Origin: a virus
DNA: 64,000 bases
Direction: 5' to 3' (one strand)
IMG/VR virus record: IMGVR_UViG_3300012936_000008
Location: 1 to 64,000 of that record
Position numbers and translations under genes: made by a program. Numbering within the stretch: position 1 is the first letter of the stretch; each line of letters begins with the position of its first letter. Of this stretch, positions 42,601-46,787 are shown in pieces. The notes under the pieces were generated by a model. That model made no database searches, was not told the DNA's origin, and was given only the letters and a program-made list of their open reading frames with translations.

Positions 42601-43192
42601 TACCCGTTCTAGCACGAGGGGGATTGATAAAGGTGATCTCACTTCCAGAAATGGTGTAGTCAGTCTGAGGAATCAGCAGGTCACCGTAGATTGTAACTGC
42701 AAGGTGCTCAGCAGACACTGGGGACACAGGAGTGCCCAAGAATTTAAGATCAAACGTAGTACGAGTTCCATCAAAGAACTCCCATGGAGATTCAAGCGCC
42801 TGTCTCTTCTTGTTGAACTCTTCCAGGGAGATGCCAGGTGTCAGGATGGCATCAGGACCACGAACAATCTCATCATAATAGATAATCTCATTATCGATCA
42901 TCACTGAACCTTCACGGTCCAGGAAACCATCAATCTGTTCTACTTCGATTAAGTCATCATATACCCCAACGTCCTTAATAAGAGATGTAGAAGATGTTAA
43001 AGTCTTCTGATCATACTCATCGATGTCGAGATACTTAATTAAGTTATTAAGTACATTATAAGGACGACCTGTTTTCTCCTGTGATCGATAATACTCGATT
43101 AGGAAATTTACAAGTTGCTCATCCTCATAGCGAATAAACTCTGGGAGTTGATTAGCAACTCTGTCAGAAATGTTGATCGTTTTTCCAAACAT
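21623..43192 (-). CDS. gp7: Giant gp7-like baseplate wedge initiator (7189 aa), multidomain
   Basis: Follows gp6; N-terminal ISDRVANQLPEFIR..FLIEYY and IKDFYVSKGT...YLFKILFG motifs. Embedded YHYH-like, beta-propeller-like, two LamG-like, two CBM5/12-like, helical-repeat and C-terminal Ig segments. Confidence 0.85.
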   Translation of the reverse strand: MFGKTINISDRVANQLPEFIRYEDEQLVNFLIEYYRSQEKTGRPYNVLNNLIKYLDIDEYDQKTLTSSTSLIKDVGVYDDLIEVEQIDGFLDREGSVMIDNEIIYYDEIVRGPDAILTPGISLEEFNKKRQALESPWEFFDGTRTTFDLKFLGTPVSPVSAEHLAVTIYGDLLIPQTDYTISGSEITFINPPRARTGNDQVELTQILYYVGFADSVIKELVIPPVEDLSGGDSMTMEYDSLPYSPIAEIGLIINRNAVLQRPYIDYVLTDNNTRIKFFVNISNQDTFHIRSIEYVSPTVGQGAEAVTRVGSNGEIDRIIVKEGGKGYELNFAPKLSIFSSTGIGEAAAGRTLVNGIKNAQLIRGGQGYTSYNPPVVQITPPSDLINGSQASATIQVDDETGMVSGIEITNSGSGYDFIPAITFINPNGADISDPVIDSEGRLVVGSIQVTATGVGYSNPPAIYIDPAPEDGIDAAASCSVSPDGQVVSVTINNRGRGYTSAPRARIIQPVGAQVLDVSVANGNVTNINLLTGGSGYTDAPSVYIVDDRKGPLGESIGGTGAEAVATIFNGEITDINIINFGTGYSDTEPPKVYIAEPAASQASCDVGFGEVTGFTILSSGRKYEPSALKGCARGVSDVAAFDDYHNQIFAAETQLAQSSHSENAVVHNLDSMIITQVFDKFRRQYMPTIDIDYSQVNPVKVIKKIKDFYVSKGTKKATQYLFKILFGEQIDVYYPRDEMITPSAASWVVDTILRAELISGNPQDLVDAQLIQPADVVDQNIKDASVLIENVISIIEGTDVIYELAISEETLNGEFKIPYKTVLVEPLSTTEGIITVDSTIGWPEKNGTIIIDDIETVQYKEKSLNQFIECTRSKNGVVEDWDPGTTIHSDIFVYANRGQSTEVKLRILGIAEAGTTVLEDSGSYYLPGDKLNVAALGSTDEDERLQSWLYNVKKLIKVSGIIPGGLNRTATVTCENPHGLLVEDTVTIYGANPAVYNGTFEVTARLDEFTFSYLIPVPTDIEPQGNILLSVDLNRGKSTQTTIDEVISLFTSNIQNSFFNNDYVYVAASGLPNYKVGPFVGSALIPGNQRKLLRFPRRVETVSTRTTVAPNTPIGAWVNGVSAWGYKDQEFVTFGPITGIEILESGEDYDAGSKPALEISGGGGSGAAASVIVNGSLSSVDVTNEGSGYTDQPLISIVGGGGSGATAQAVVTNGRVTRVLVGNPGTGYTSQPTISITGGGGAGALATAQVRGPISGVVLSNRGSGYTSTPTIKLNSGEGALAQPIVINGRLVSIAIINSGEGYTTAPTIYINGDGFGAQATAVIGTLGEDKGKVISVQITNRGVGYTQGNTTVRLEAVGMNAKFEASVFEWNKNLEYGLNSKYDIARGYVFTGFNNQYGGEYAHVSDPKELRYVVGDNVILDPETNTFKEEGTETGAAITHSPILGWAFDGSPIYGPYGYIDPTDQSGGIRRMRSSYRLKANVVYDIDTNPTPARIDGPSLTTYPPGEFVDDYEYAFQQGDLDPYNGRFCKTPEFPDGIYAYFITIDASEAGLPVFPYIIGPQFNSVVDTWNLSQQATQENIPADVSRFRDPYDEVDIDIDRQPNQQSDQLVTEREGDLILFETEDIDGDGIISPNEIATNQVMTEEAALQIYDYFPRVSTESRVDIEVETTTKFENAQIDGFVIENPGVSYQVNDTLFFDNTGTDGFGASAQVESVQGAGIAQYRKEVINDIPYGRITTTVDHELIAQDEVIVNSRVITENTNKRFYMSVVTGIDSINIVQSGIGYNEAIPPSYEIISPQGQDVELDIDLDVTTGKIGAVNIINSGFNYSVDEPPQIRVSHPQRFKKTYYWSTLFKETAQGGKFKIHDSAVTAERELYICGELVQSNGDSSAFVAKFNDLGSVIWDRSLLPSASIKQARWKKMYLDETSEENTLIYLIGETESQGTSGYNPDILVAKYESGLDNANNPEGILRWQKEIAGVSGSTRRDYAGDIHLDDEQRIYICGWTDTNSPDPDDIWVMQLNNFGDVIEKRKFASNSEGEQMHQLHYIGDNKVIFCGIDGDNEDLIFGEMEYDGANIELTYVKRLAVSGGSVQRPQFVLDEYNDLFFVCDMWNGTKNYGVAFFKIAMDQIKLTAAAPEWQFAKIMAPTVTFESIKHSGITTDVFGNVNVVTEIKYSDNELTGNIASFKYDGTLLNQTDIWKTATDVGFFTNTHAVDNSGDILIPTLVQNPDQTVVHRFEDEVNLTADATKQDLAASITVFNAGQIASDNTQYKFGSRSLKFQDTNSLVWQDLNLNDDWTVVMWVRMESTHTANNPRINMITAVDDAGADVQFVIQGDSNDGNFGKVALEINPVSGGSTTVWSVGSTYWTAMSDSQWHHIALVKEEPTLGSYVYSCYFDGVQVATAITVNDVVMNDLTVGASQSGPLIGNTFLGNIDDLVVDPKAVYTGASLQVPTEQYRITTTDSDIELIKFDRLHSKRGTYTPSSSARSGENLRLEDIDSGSGGINVNNLSNPVITVWSVGSSGLQILDYSDVISTLAPGTYTFVQDRYTYSTKTSTIPTPLGRKLIIEPVVLPKYYLRDAGYQKIDAVKEFVFNQDIKFEKGSIIQQVNNIGVVQAYGTIVEVPVGSIDNPGLGTTYKVGKIYGNFNNTNKFQNELGEENRIDEISFDVTRSQPAWEASKAYTTNEQVWSDGKIYYATNTATSGSTAPTHEIGAVTDGSVIWQYISAAPNIEVNLLDYPWPTPTDADPWAETRSYSLNDTVYFGRNKYTCTVAGTSGTVAPTHTTGTATDNSVTWTYTSTYDPLQNYASFRPFSLSDYRVTILNTYPGSDFIIGDVVSLGNSITAGIKEDTDDKIAEVAGLNTVSSIRLTVNLNKDIIRTAENRTDLIYCSALSPHNFNVNDILFVEGFTTDQFNGSFFVKEVFSSRDFIYRMRSTADADPLFLQGAISRVKIASKHPTLLLVRNHSYIFDLSDVSNFGYYLSFAQDNQFKLEYSFNVIEREGTPGLSSATETPVVKFTIGGEVTNITYYFDPSRTGETSPVGTNSFIDVIKTPFDGRFTITEVLSDTEFRFPLLTEPEFTNAEIGLDDQDVPNTIYSTTSTKAIGPINSIKLISPGGFYKKLPVIQDISSDRKIEKLRVTAEGTEYAPGVYTQIPIDGDGEGGLCNITIELDAETGSGAISDVALTDPGKGYTFGTIDIDGIPGILGPTLSGSGGAIEVVIPAEGTGAAVFLTGRQIGKIKTLKNNEFGYGYSHDYTLRPEIAFPINLQLFNTSILSQITITNPGAGYTSAPAVLISGGGGSGAEAEAVVKNNRLSEILIKNPGAGYSSQPVVTLKSEFTYVVNLDLNYLQFNFPHGITTGAEVQFRADAIGSQVGILPKPSSVGLTSLSSTTTYYAIAGDINGLESDQLRFALTPVDAESGNFITFLTQGDGRQVLLTEVFGGQATAVVETSRFLEGEEVFQGEVYENATAFGIVSENDGWQIQPKILKVTNPDGDFVVGGKVQGVVSRASGIIDNINIAKGVLNIDAITRTAGRFTDDVGKPSEIVQKIQDSFFYQNFSYVIKSQIPINRWKNQILQNNHPVGFNMFGQLELTGGKDISGRKVAADFTKQVNINEYTNVNEITSFGAAQPIYSTFNNSEVLFRKKRLTNSEEILTSIVKKIDSISNQFDGVKKAFPLQVEGEQVIVKDNQLLITLNGVIQAPGASYQVVGNQIVFSEPPRPDSKVVYRNIGFDIMPITRLNLNTIAGIFPSIGDTINGFSSQATARVVATGATSIDVVDISGGQFDLNERVDVGRTAFSALIGSIDKSFTKLFLQNIGGTFNTPLIGDIVIGQTTGARATISSIDLTEQSIQVTDMSNGYFDRGEDVTFFNAGYGANILNVDSVNYKTIFEFGETVTSLDNDTAVIEETNLDLDGNVSDKIVLSKTSGTAEYETGQYKIFLNDIIYSAASNIAARITNISPYRDPITSINLERPSNVTGEWTTFVEGDQFRGLTSGASGEVVRIDFEASPPVLYYLRKSEKNLNLDYANLDPDDGEPTSVNETIQRYFNDANGNEVLDSLTETTVGDARVGDVVDTLVINKGSTFFGMIFERLISLTNANVILDDVSKTTITPVEILDSANRINSDFLDFEEVRSTEIEYDGLTGGTLAQGDDLRSIQVTYGNPVTDSLNRWKDAGRMIEFNRQEIIDFSNAEISVHHPGFYYPGDNATDQWSRFADAYRLITKNKEYIIEKSYVDMVAQYPSLTIPSGTACRRDIGKFIEALSMDMFQGGTVYTRKLLKKYFSTDETTFLYINGEEQATEYAFEQALGYMKNALTNDLTGSEVVSGITFVKYNERSTGGSTGTGITADPSPGNNYGTPGSNSQNYGTNNCSDVQSALQTLFDNVSEVLLAGSLNDLIDLAEPSAYSANEAKCRRDIGLMIDALALDIAGDGNYQIVEFAKKYFDNAGSPISNGLVGELAESITAFRKAGEMCRKAINNLLYVQVNTRTSETGYMLNDPTTYAGPYLGSSGTSVEEFDVSAAAYVPNSGIMTLTIGSHSLTTSDSVRIRPYSLRFTCASDGDASFHSYPRTGDPGFNSDLPISAVTATTIEVNVGASLLVQFTPTAAAYDPATGVMELTIGSHSLSIGDSITIAQDSLTFTCTKDANATTHTYPRASDPANGSYLSISATTATTITVNVGASPTAEQYPHTFVSSTNNSISSGGGYAHTFIDAESNAVFRGGGTEAAYYDPNYYSGRNESIGNCADVQAGIHTLVELAATTIASGSLATINALSVVSDGSYQENENLRVFKVSYKDPGASGFFTPGDTIKGVNSGATFSAKGTNSGLKWLFTDSITGSFQDREFITNSKITVPLIQFTPSAATYDASTGVMELTIGSHSLTTTDSITIAQDSLTFTCTKDSNATNHTYPRSTDPANNKKLPITATTGTTITVNVGASPDGEQYTHTFVSADANSVSHTKVSLTTLQKKSGTKSLRLDAGGYLSHSLSDVAKFETNDFTIEMWIRPTTLSGVQFLWDTRTSGAAETGSPVLYLNGSTINWWYNGSDQISAAHNLSTNAWHHVAVSRTTNITKVWVNGTQVGGDYTDNNNYLERAFKLGADLTGANGFVGWIDNIIFKKGVSDYTATFTPGFTYPTSTNNISFGMSMELPFILSDRERFGTYTGQTNSTATAKSVDYDNKQFIIEDINLSRDEHRKCADLIELNYDWIAEVAVGLMKEKYSDFLIPGDSADGVGVQVGTNKCLRDTKEYILKAVVEDIRYGGNYNSVIAGRGYLTKEGGLNYVGNELLQSIYTWTELATVINFVITTTSGDLENFNGTKYTDLLRVPNRFTSPASATVTNEITSLCNTIADIIGPTGDRFRDAGDAIWKNRDYIANEVVGWLQAEYIRDINDTTYDFLTMPGYGEPYCLRDLKQHILPAVVTDLITGGNSATQYVIDQYIDPNSQIIHIENELAPMLDAFKYTKKLVHHAINNTLLTQGTTASNIGVSQEFQDDYYVAQYTDIAVYRDDTITIDPKGYEGGNSSDVDKNLDTANLLSANKHVIASEAVYTMNGMSKYLDLAIPGGAQNCIDDVIDIIDSIIHDLRFGGNSRTWDAAKLYLNDEDGSLKHVESELDAARDVMKIAAEICILTMRNGFGRENLYIYDPEGGGVDPVTGDPLSGGSSLNNVDASTYERNAVDDRFIDAANVIERNIRLIAEEAVAQGRAQFPSLNINGQSGSGGVELTPSNVTYNHTSGLLTIDTTENHNLSTGNRITIRPGSLVFTCTQDSNATEHVYPRSSDPAWGSSLAVTVVDANTMTVNVGVAATEFQYAHTFVSAEQDAITTNGYIDCVHDVADIVEAAVWNLRHGGNNKVFMAAELYASGSNLQHIVGVSTESIWIVNKARDLALQSMRNETITITAAHGQTQKFYADLDYFPYNVGGYSITADTANPKCADVASAITTLMTIVTDTITTPASIGDGTITKTMPYIWPIKYSPEYCERDVTITYEMGAEWNTTCATQATTIESLFDLVIDTVTVASSGSPSPTHLSTVTRNTGYNSNTAYQYYTCYNVTSASESLFDLMIESLGGGSKSDQRVAKRILFNKHVVAGKAFAEVQTAYPTTNADLSFGENLINGLLYDLNTGGNVGVLRLVNTWFDGEGNFIAFPNITKQHLLWYVTRVSEYAKRICDDYNDVLVGGEFYQYDVFQDETHFGTGAIDNRFEYEKESSQFKIDSSLNAAYFAISRGTPPSQNSVQWTNNVHATNLRNLYNEGTDWNTDPDLVINTPSVEVGYENREHRLIIQRPNFYSRGDILSYSIASGDVEPALTGQDYYYVLNATPTQFEITKEIRHDARFRRFAVDTRLTGAQQLQAPVRSGIHRKPTTFGTRDVDNPVSGGFNLADVVVGTTSDASSEIVRTRNNEAEIVKLYRRYNISGATGRFTVGEQVQVQGAGANNAIVLQTSTLTGDNEDEGWIYIENVTGSISETQVLEGVDSGITATIVGQGTDRMLVNIDRGAFANGEIIFNKGNGAEATIVSYENSAGSLTSNLGGRVTIDIETLQDDFIDGDIIYGSITDKILDIGNITKTGFKDIELNQFLHAEKVIECNINNVLRDQGFTGDFAAGDIVYLLSGSVPKIPGWTAMVTDYQYDPDNGIHKIWIANLQPYGADANGVTTTDPAELLAGGTGLGRFENLNNFPIISCDIISQTVTDYTSYGKVAGKAISGNTGRLWLEDVNGDFPSNLTVKSDYGWYAAVSQSKNLLGRCDRFFRGFDGSADSFKLTVNNGEAYFPDPAGHLLVFVNGVLQPPGANFAYTAFSDQIQFTEPPTIGSEFIGYYVGKLRQLDDISFEFDSLRSSFNLKYQGGFYSLTLTEGVSSNTILPENNIIVSLNGVIQEPGVGYELVGSRIIFAEIPRAGSTFVAFSYIGSDADVIAATVVPPIEAGDILQIEGEADPREVALIESSNSLITFEYTGTVKGRNAEALADIKSGEITKAIITAPGDGYTTRPNVDVVSSTGFDGRVRALMGLMRIDVKTPGIGYAQPAVTVETVVDDDFVVPSGPAVNQGFDTYAGEGTDAQGNPIVITPGYINIVSQPVNVTVNQDQTAQFTVVGQFVNSSDNQVGTTALNYQWQRKQYGETDWNNITGSTLAIYTSNPAEQADDGDEFRVAITAAGATPVYSNSVILTVQTGATIINNFNPTQIFQ

Positions 43193-43199
43193 TTATCTC

Positions 43200-45458
43200 T
43201 TAGAAACAGGAGTCGAGTTCTGGATACGTGAAGGATCCAGTAGGGTAGTTGATTGTATTTATGTTGCTGCCACCATAGTTCCATCCGTTGAAATTGAATG
43301 GGTCAAAGGCGTCAACAGCACCAGGCTGAGTGTTAATATCTCTTGGGAAGATCCTCGGGTTGAACAACGTCGGGTCTACACCAGGTGGAATAGTGATTGA
43401 TCCAGTTGAGGGAAGAACCACCACAGGAATACGAGTTGTACCATCAGGAGTATCAGCCACATCGAGAGGACCAACACAAACTTCGCCAGTTTCATAATCA
43501 ACAGATCCAACAACGTCGTTCAGAACGACTTCCTTTTCATTTCTATTTGTTACCATGATGATATTACCAATACCGTCATCACGAAGGTTCACAGGAACCA
43601 AGGTTTGAGTTGAGGCAGTCTGACTATTGACAAGAACGTCTTCTAGGTCGGTACTACCACCAGCAATAGTATTTGAAGTAGTAGGATTCAGAAGAGAACC
43701 TGCTGCTTCACCAGCAGCGATCAGATCAGCAACATCTTCGGTATAACCAGTTGCATAGAAGGTGCCAGACTTAACAGAGGAGAACTTAGGTTTGCAACTT
43801 CCGCTACCACCATTGCCACCACCATTAGGATCGCCATCACCACCGCCGTTTCCGCCGTTACCGCCGCCTCCGTTAGGATCGCCGTCACCATCACCATCGC
43901 CAGTGCCGCCTCCACCGCCGCCAGAACCGCCTGGGTCGCCGTCTCCACTACCACCATACCTATTGGGGTCAGTGATTGGGTTATTAAAGTTCAGACACTG
44001 TGAGAACTGGTTACCAAAGGTAAATTTGTCAAGATTCTGACCGATACTCATTTGAGTAGTAGTACCACTGATAGCAGAATCAGCAGAGTCGATCATTGAG
44101 TTGAACTTAGACGGTTCAAGACGACCACCAAAGCGGTTATCTCTGTTTTGACCGTTATACTTATCAACAGACTTCAACACGGCCGCGGCAAGTTCATTTG
44201 CAGAGCGACTTGTGTTGTTTCCGTTGAATGCAAGATGAACTGTTGGGGAAATATAGAAAATAGTCGGGTCAACGATCACAGGTTGGATCGATGCCATGGA
44301 GTAATCAAGAAGTTGGTTCTTGATTCTCTGTTTTGTAGTAGTGTTCAGATTCACACCACTCTTTGTACGAACGGCAACATACACTTTGCCATATTCGGGC
44401 GGAGACAGCTTCTCCCCGCCGTACGCCGTCACTGATGCAGCAGAAGGATACAGTTTGCTGACCAGATAGGCATAGTCGTTCTCGGTAACTGCTCTATTTT
44501 GCACAGAGAACCCTTTGGGTGCCCTATACTTGATGCTCAGAGCGGATTCACGGTCCTCACCGTCTGCTGCTGTCTCAACAGTCTTCAATGTAATGGCATT
44601 AGGCAGCACAGGACGACCAATAGAGTCGATTGAACGTCCAATGAACCCAAATTTCTTGGCACCATTCGCTTCGGGACCATCTGTATCAAGATATTCGACA
44701 GTAATGAACTCATTGTCGATCAATTTGCGTCCCAAAACGCCATCACCGAAGGTAACCTTGTATCTAAGGTCCTCAGTTTCCTCTAAGAAGTAAGTTCTGG
44801 ACGTAGATTCCAGTGCAGTGACGTTATCTGAGATAGAATACTCGTCAACTTCGACAGATTGCTCGTTAGGACGAACCAAAACCTTCATTCTGTCGGTATC
44901 TACGTTCTCAGCAGGGATTATATACTCAGGTTTCTTCGTATCATCAACAGTAAAACTGTATGTGAGCAGATTTCCTTGATAAATCAACATTTTGTTGAAT
45001 GTTGCCAGTCCAGTTGACTGATCAACAGTCGCTTCAATGTCAGAAAGGTTCGCAAAGATGAAAGCATCGCCTCCAACAGTCGCTACGAACACATCACCCT
45101 TCATGATTGTGATCGAATCAGGGTAAGATTGTCCACCTGGCAGTAAAGTTGCCTTGGCGGTCATGGTTATACATGCTCTGGACGCTTTTCTAGACCTTGG
45201 AGTGTATCCAATCTGCTTAGCGATCCTAACAATGTTGTCTCTAACAGTAGCAGACTCCAAAAATGACTCATTCATCGACATGTTAGCCGTGAACGAAGCA
45301 TAATATGTGTTGTATGCTAAGATATCAATCAAATATGAGGCAGCAGATCCCTCAAAATCATAATCAGAGAACTCTCTTCTGGTTCTCAGGTACGATTTTA
45401 TAGATTCCTTAATTTCAAAGAAGTCTAGGGAGGTTAATTCTGATGGTAGTGCTGCCAT
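43200..45458 (-). CDS. gp6: Baseplate wedge subunit gp6
   Basis: LDFFEIKESIKSYL, FSDYDFEGS, LIDILAYNTYY, ESFLESATVR, FGDGVLGRKL, QNRAVTENDY, PEYGKVYV. Confidence 0.93.
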   Translation of the reverse strand: MAALPSELTSLDFFEIKESIKSYLRTRREFSDYDFEGSAASYLIDILAYNTYYASFTANMSMNESFLESATVRDNIVRIAKQIGYTPRSRKASRACITMTAKATLLPGGQSYPDSITIMKGDVFVATVGGDAFIFANLSDIEATVDQSTGLATFNKMLIYQGNLLTYSFTVDDTKKPEYIIPAENVDTDRMKVLVRPNEQSVEVDEYSISDNVTALESTSRTYFLEETEDLRYKVTFGDGVLGRKLIDNEFITVEYLDTDGPEANGAKKFGFIGRSIDSIGRPVLPNAITLKTVETAADGEDRESALSIKYRAPKGFSVQNRAVTENDYAYLVSKLYPSAASVTAYGGEKLSPPEYGKVYVAVRTKSGVNLNTTTKQRIKNQLLDYSMASIQPVIVDPTIFYISPTVHLAFNGNNTSRSANELAAAVLKSVDKYNGQNRDNRFGGRLEPSKFNSMIDSADSAISGTTTQMSIGQNLDKFTFGNQFSQCLNFNNPITDPNRYGGSGDGDPGGSGGGGGGTGDGDGDGDPNGGGGNGGNGGGDGDPNGGGNGGSGSCKPKFSSVKSGTFYATGYTEDVADLIAAGEAAGSLLNPTTSNTIAGGSTDLEDVLVNSQTASTQTLVPVNLRDDGIGNIIMVTNRNEKEVVLNDVVGSVDYETGEVCVGPLDVADTPDGTTRIPVVVLPSTGSITIPPGVDPTLFNPRIFPRDINTQPGAVDAFDPFNFNGWNYGGSNINTINYPTGSFTYPELDSCF
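43256..43262 (-). promoter_or_regulatory. Possible late promoter ATAAATA inside the gp6 3' end
   Basis: (C)ATAAATA about 65 nt upstream of the gp7-like start. Confidence 0.5.
43798..43957 (-). repeat. Gly/Asp/Asn low-complexity repeat (GDGDPNGGG) inside gp6
   Basis: GGSGDGDPGGSGGGGGGTGDGDGDGDPNGGGGNGGNGGGDGDPNGGGNGGSGS; locally GC-rich. Confidence 0.9.
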
Positions 45459-45459
45459 T

Positions 45460-45873
45460 TTAGGTGCGTTCTAAAAGGAATTCGATTTCTTGGACGAGTT
45501 CTTCACCAACAATTCTATATTGGATCGATACATCGACCTCTTCCTCATTATCAGAGAGAATCACATCCACATTAACGACTTCTACACGCGGTTCTAGTCG
45601 AGTAATAGTGTTTTCAATCTCATCACGCAGATCTTCCGCTGTAAATACATCGAAAGGTTCAAATAAAAGTCCTCTGACACGAGAGCCTATGTCCATTTGG
45701 AAAGGTCTCTCTCCGAATTGTGTCATAACTAGGTTCCTAACTGCTTGCTTGATGGCATTTTCATTCGTTACCGAACTAAAATCCTCAGTATTAGGGTTCA
45801 TCGAGAAGGAGATTGCGAAATCTTTATACCCTCTCGACAAAAATTGCTCAGATCGGAACCTGTATCTCGCCAC
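45460..45873 (-). CDS. gp25: Baseplate wedge subunit gp25
   Basis: NENAIKQAVRNLVMTQFGERPF...IGS...LFEP...EPRV (GPW_gp25 family); adjacent to gp6. Confidence 0.93.
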   Translation of the reverse strand: MARYRFRSEQFLSRGYKDFAISFSMNPNTEDFSSVTNENAIKQAVRNLVMTQFGERPFQMDIGSRVRGLLFEPFDVFTAEDLRDEIENTITRLEPRVEVVNVDVILSDNEEEVDVSIQYRIVGEELVQEIEFLLERT

Positions 45874-45888
45874 TTTGTCTGATTTATA

Positions 45889-46065
45889 TCAGTGTTCTTG
45901 TTTATTTATAGGTTCAGCGGCAGGATTATATTTTAGGAACTCCCTAAAAGTCATTTTCATCTCTCTTTGAGACATTCCGCAGTGCATTGCGGCGTGAGGA
46001 AGGTTCATTGTGGCATGAAAAAGTGCCTCATTCGACTCCCTCACTAGTTCAGGTGTCGTTTTCAC
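45889..46065 (-). CDS. Small cyanophage hypothetical protein (58 aa, GTG start)
   Basis: NEALFHATMNLPHAAMHCGMSQREMKMTFREFLK; GTG at 46065 follows the stop of the basic ORF. The track start at 46122 would overlap that ORF. Confidence 0.7.
   Translation of the reverse strand: MKTTPELVRESNEALFHATMNLPHAAMHCGMSQREMKMTFREFLKYNPAAEPINKQEH
45903..45910 (-). promoter_or_regulatory. T4-type late promoter TATAAATA
   Basis: Perfect TATAAATA about 30 nt upstream of the gp25 ATG. Confidence 0.8.
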
Positions 46066-46066
46066 C

Positions 46067-46216
46067 TTATCTACCTTGACCTCTATACTTTTTTTGTTTA
46101 ACATTCCGAGATGTAGCTGCATATTTTGTGTTTTTAGATGATCCTTGACGGGTTACCTTGGGTTTTCCAGGCATCCAACTGGTTCCAGAGATCCCAACCT
46201 TTGCTCTTGTTGCCAT
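46067..46216 (-). CDS. Small basic protein ending KKYRGQGR (49 aa; not in ORF track)
   Basis: MATRAKVGISGTSWMPGKPKVTRQGSSKNTKYAATSRNVKQKKYRGQGR*, preceded by an AAGGAG RBS; fills the gap after the PAAR gene. Confidence 0.8.
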   Translation of the reverse strand: MATRAKVGISGTSWMPGKPKVTRQGSSKNTKYAATSRNVKQKKYRGQGR

Positions 46217-46234
46217 AATACTCCTTTAAGGACA

Positions 46235-46777
46235 TCAAGATGATAGCACATTAGGGCTGCCATACGCAACCATGCTATTACAAGGGTAAGACCACCCCAT
46301 CCAACCAGGAGTTCCGACTCCAAGAGGGTCCAAAACGCGACCAACAGGAAGTTTGCAAGCAAAAACAGTCAGAGTCGAAGAGAAAAGGAAACGAATATGA
46401 CCTAATCCTGCATTATCTTCGATAGTCAACCATGAACATGGCTCAGGAGTGGGCACTGGACACACACCTTTACCGCATGGGCACATGTAAATGATGATAT
46501 TTGTGCATGTAGAGGCATGTGGAGTGAACACATCACCAAAAGTCATGGTCGGTAGACCATTTGTGAGCACCAAAGCCTTGACAGCAGTCAGTGGTGAGGC
46601 AGGAACTAGTGGTGTAGGGGGCCACCAGCATGTCCATTCCTTAATAACGATGCTGTAAGGGATCGGTGGAGTCTTACAGAACTGTACAGAGTGGACAGTA
46701 GGGGGTATACAGATGCCATGACCGCTACATGGGAGTCCTGTGATAGGTGCTACTGGTAATAAAAGTCCGTATGCCAT
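46235..46777 (-). CDS. PAAR-like spike tip protein (gp5.4-like), Cys/Pro-expanded
   Basis: CSGHG, VLTNGLPTMTFGDVFTPH, TVFACKLPVGRVLD and C...VAYGSPNV match the three-repeat PAAR layout; located next to gp25. Confidence 0.7.
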   Translation of the reverse strand: MAYGLLLPVAPITGLPCSGHGICIPPTVHSVQFCKTPPIPYSIVIKEWTCWWPPTPLVPASPLTAVKALVLTNGLPTMTFGDVFTPHASTCTNIIIYMCPCGKGVCPVPTPEPCSWLTIEDNAGLGHIRFLFSSTLTVFACKLPVGRVLDPLGVGTPGWMGWSYPCNSMVAYGSPNVLSS

Positions 46778-46787
46778 GATTAATTAG

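Noticed and set aside
478-42907. Many 60-330-aa plus-strand ORFs opposite the structural genes (e.g. 1720..2604, 27311..28219, 30278..31261, 36341..37240)
   Set aside because: Antisense shadows of strongly codon-biased minus-strand genes; no recognisable motifs or RBS.
21623-43192. Intein, intron or DGR target explaining the giant ORF or its repeats
   Set aside because: No HINT or homing-endonuclease motifs, no reverse transcriptase, and no adenine-specific TR/VR pair seen.
46153-46362. 69-aa minus-strand ORF in the track
   Set aside because: Overlaps both the PAAR gene and the better-supported 49-aa basic ORF in other frames.
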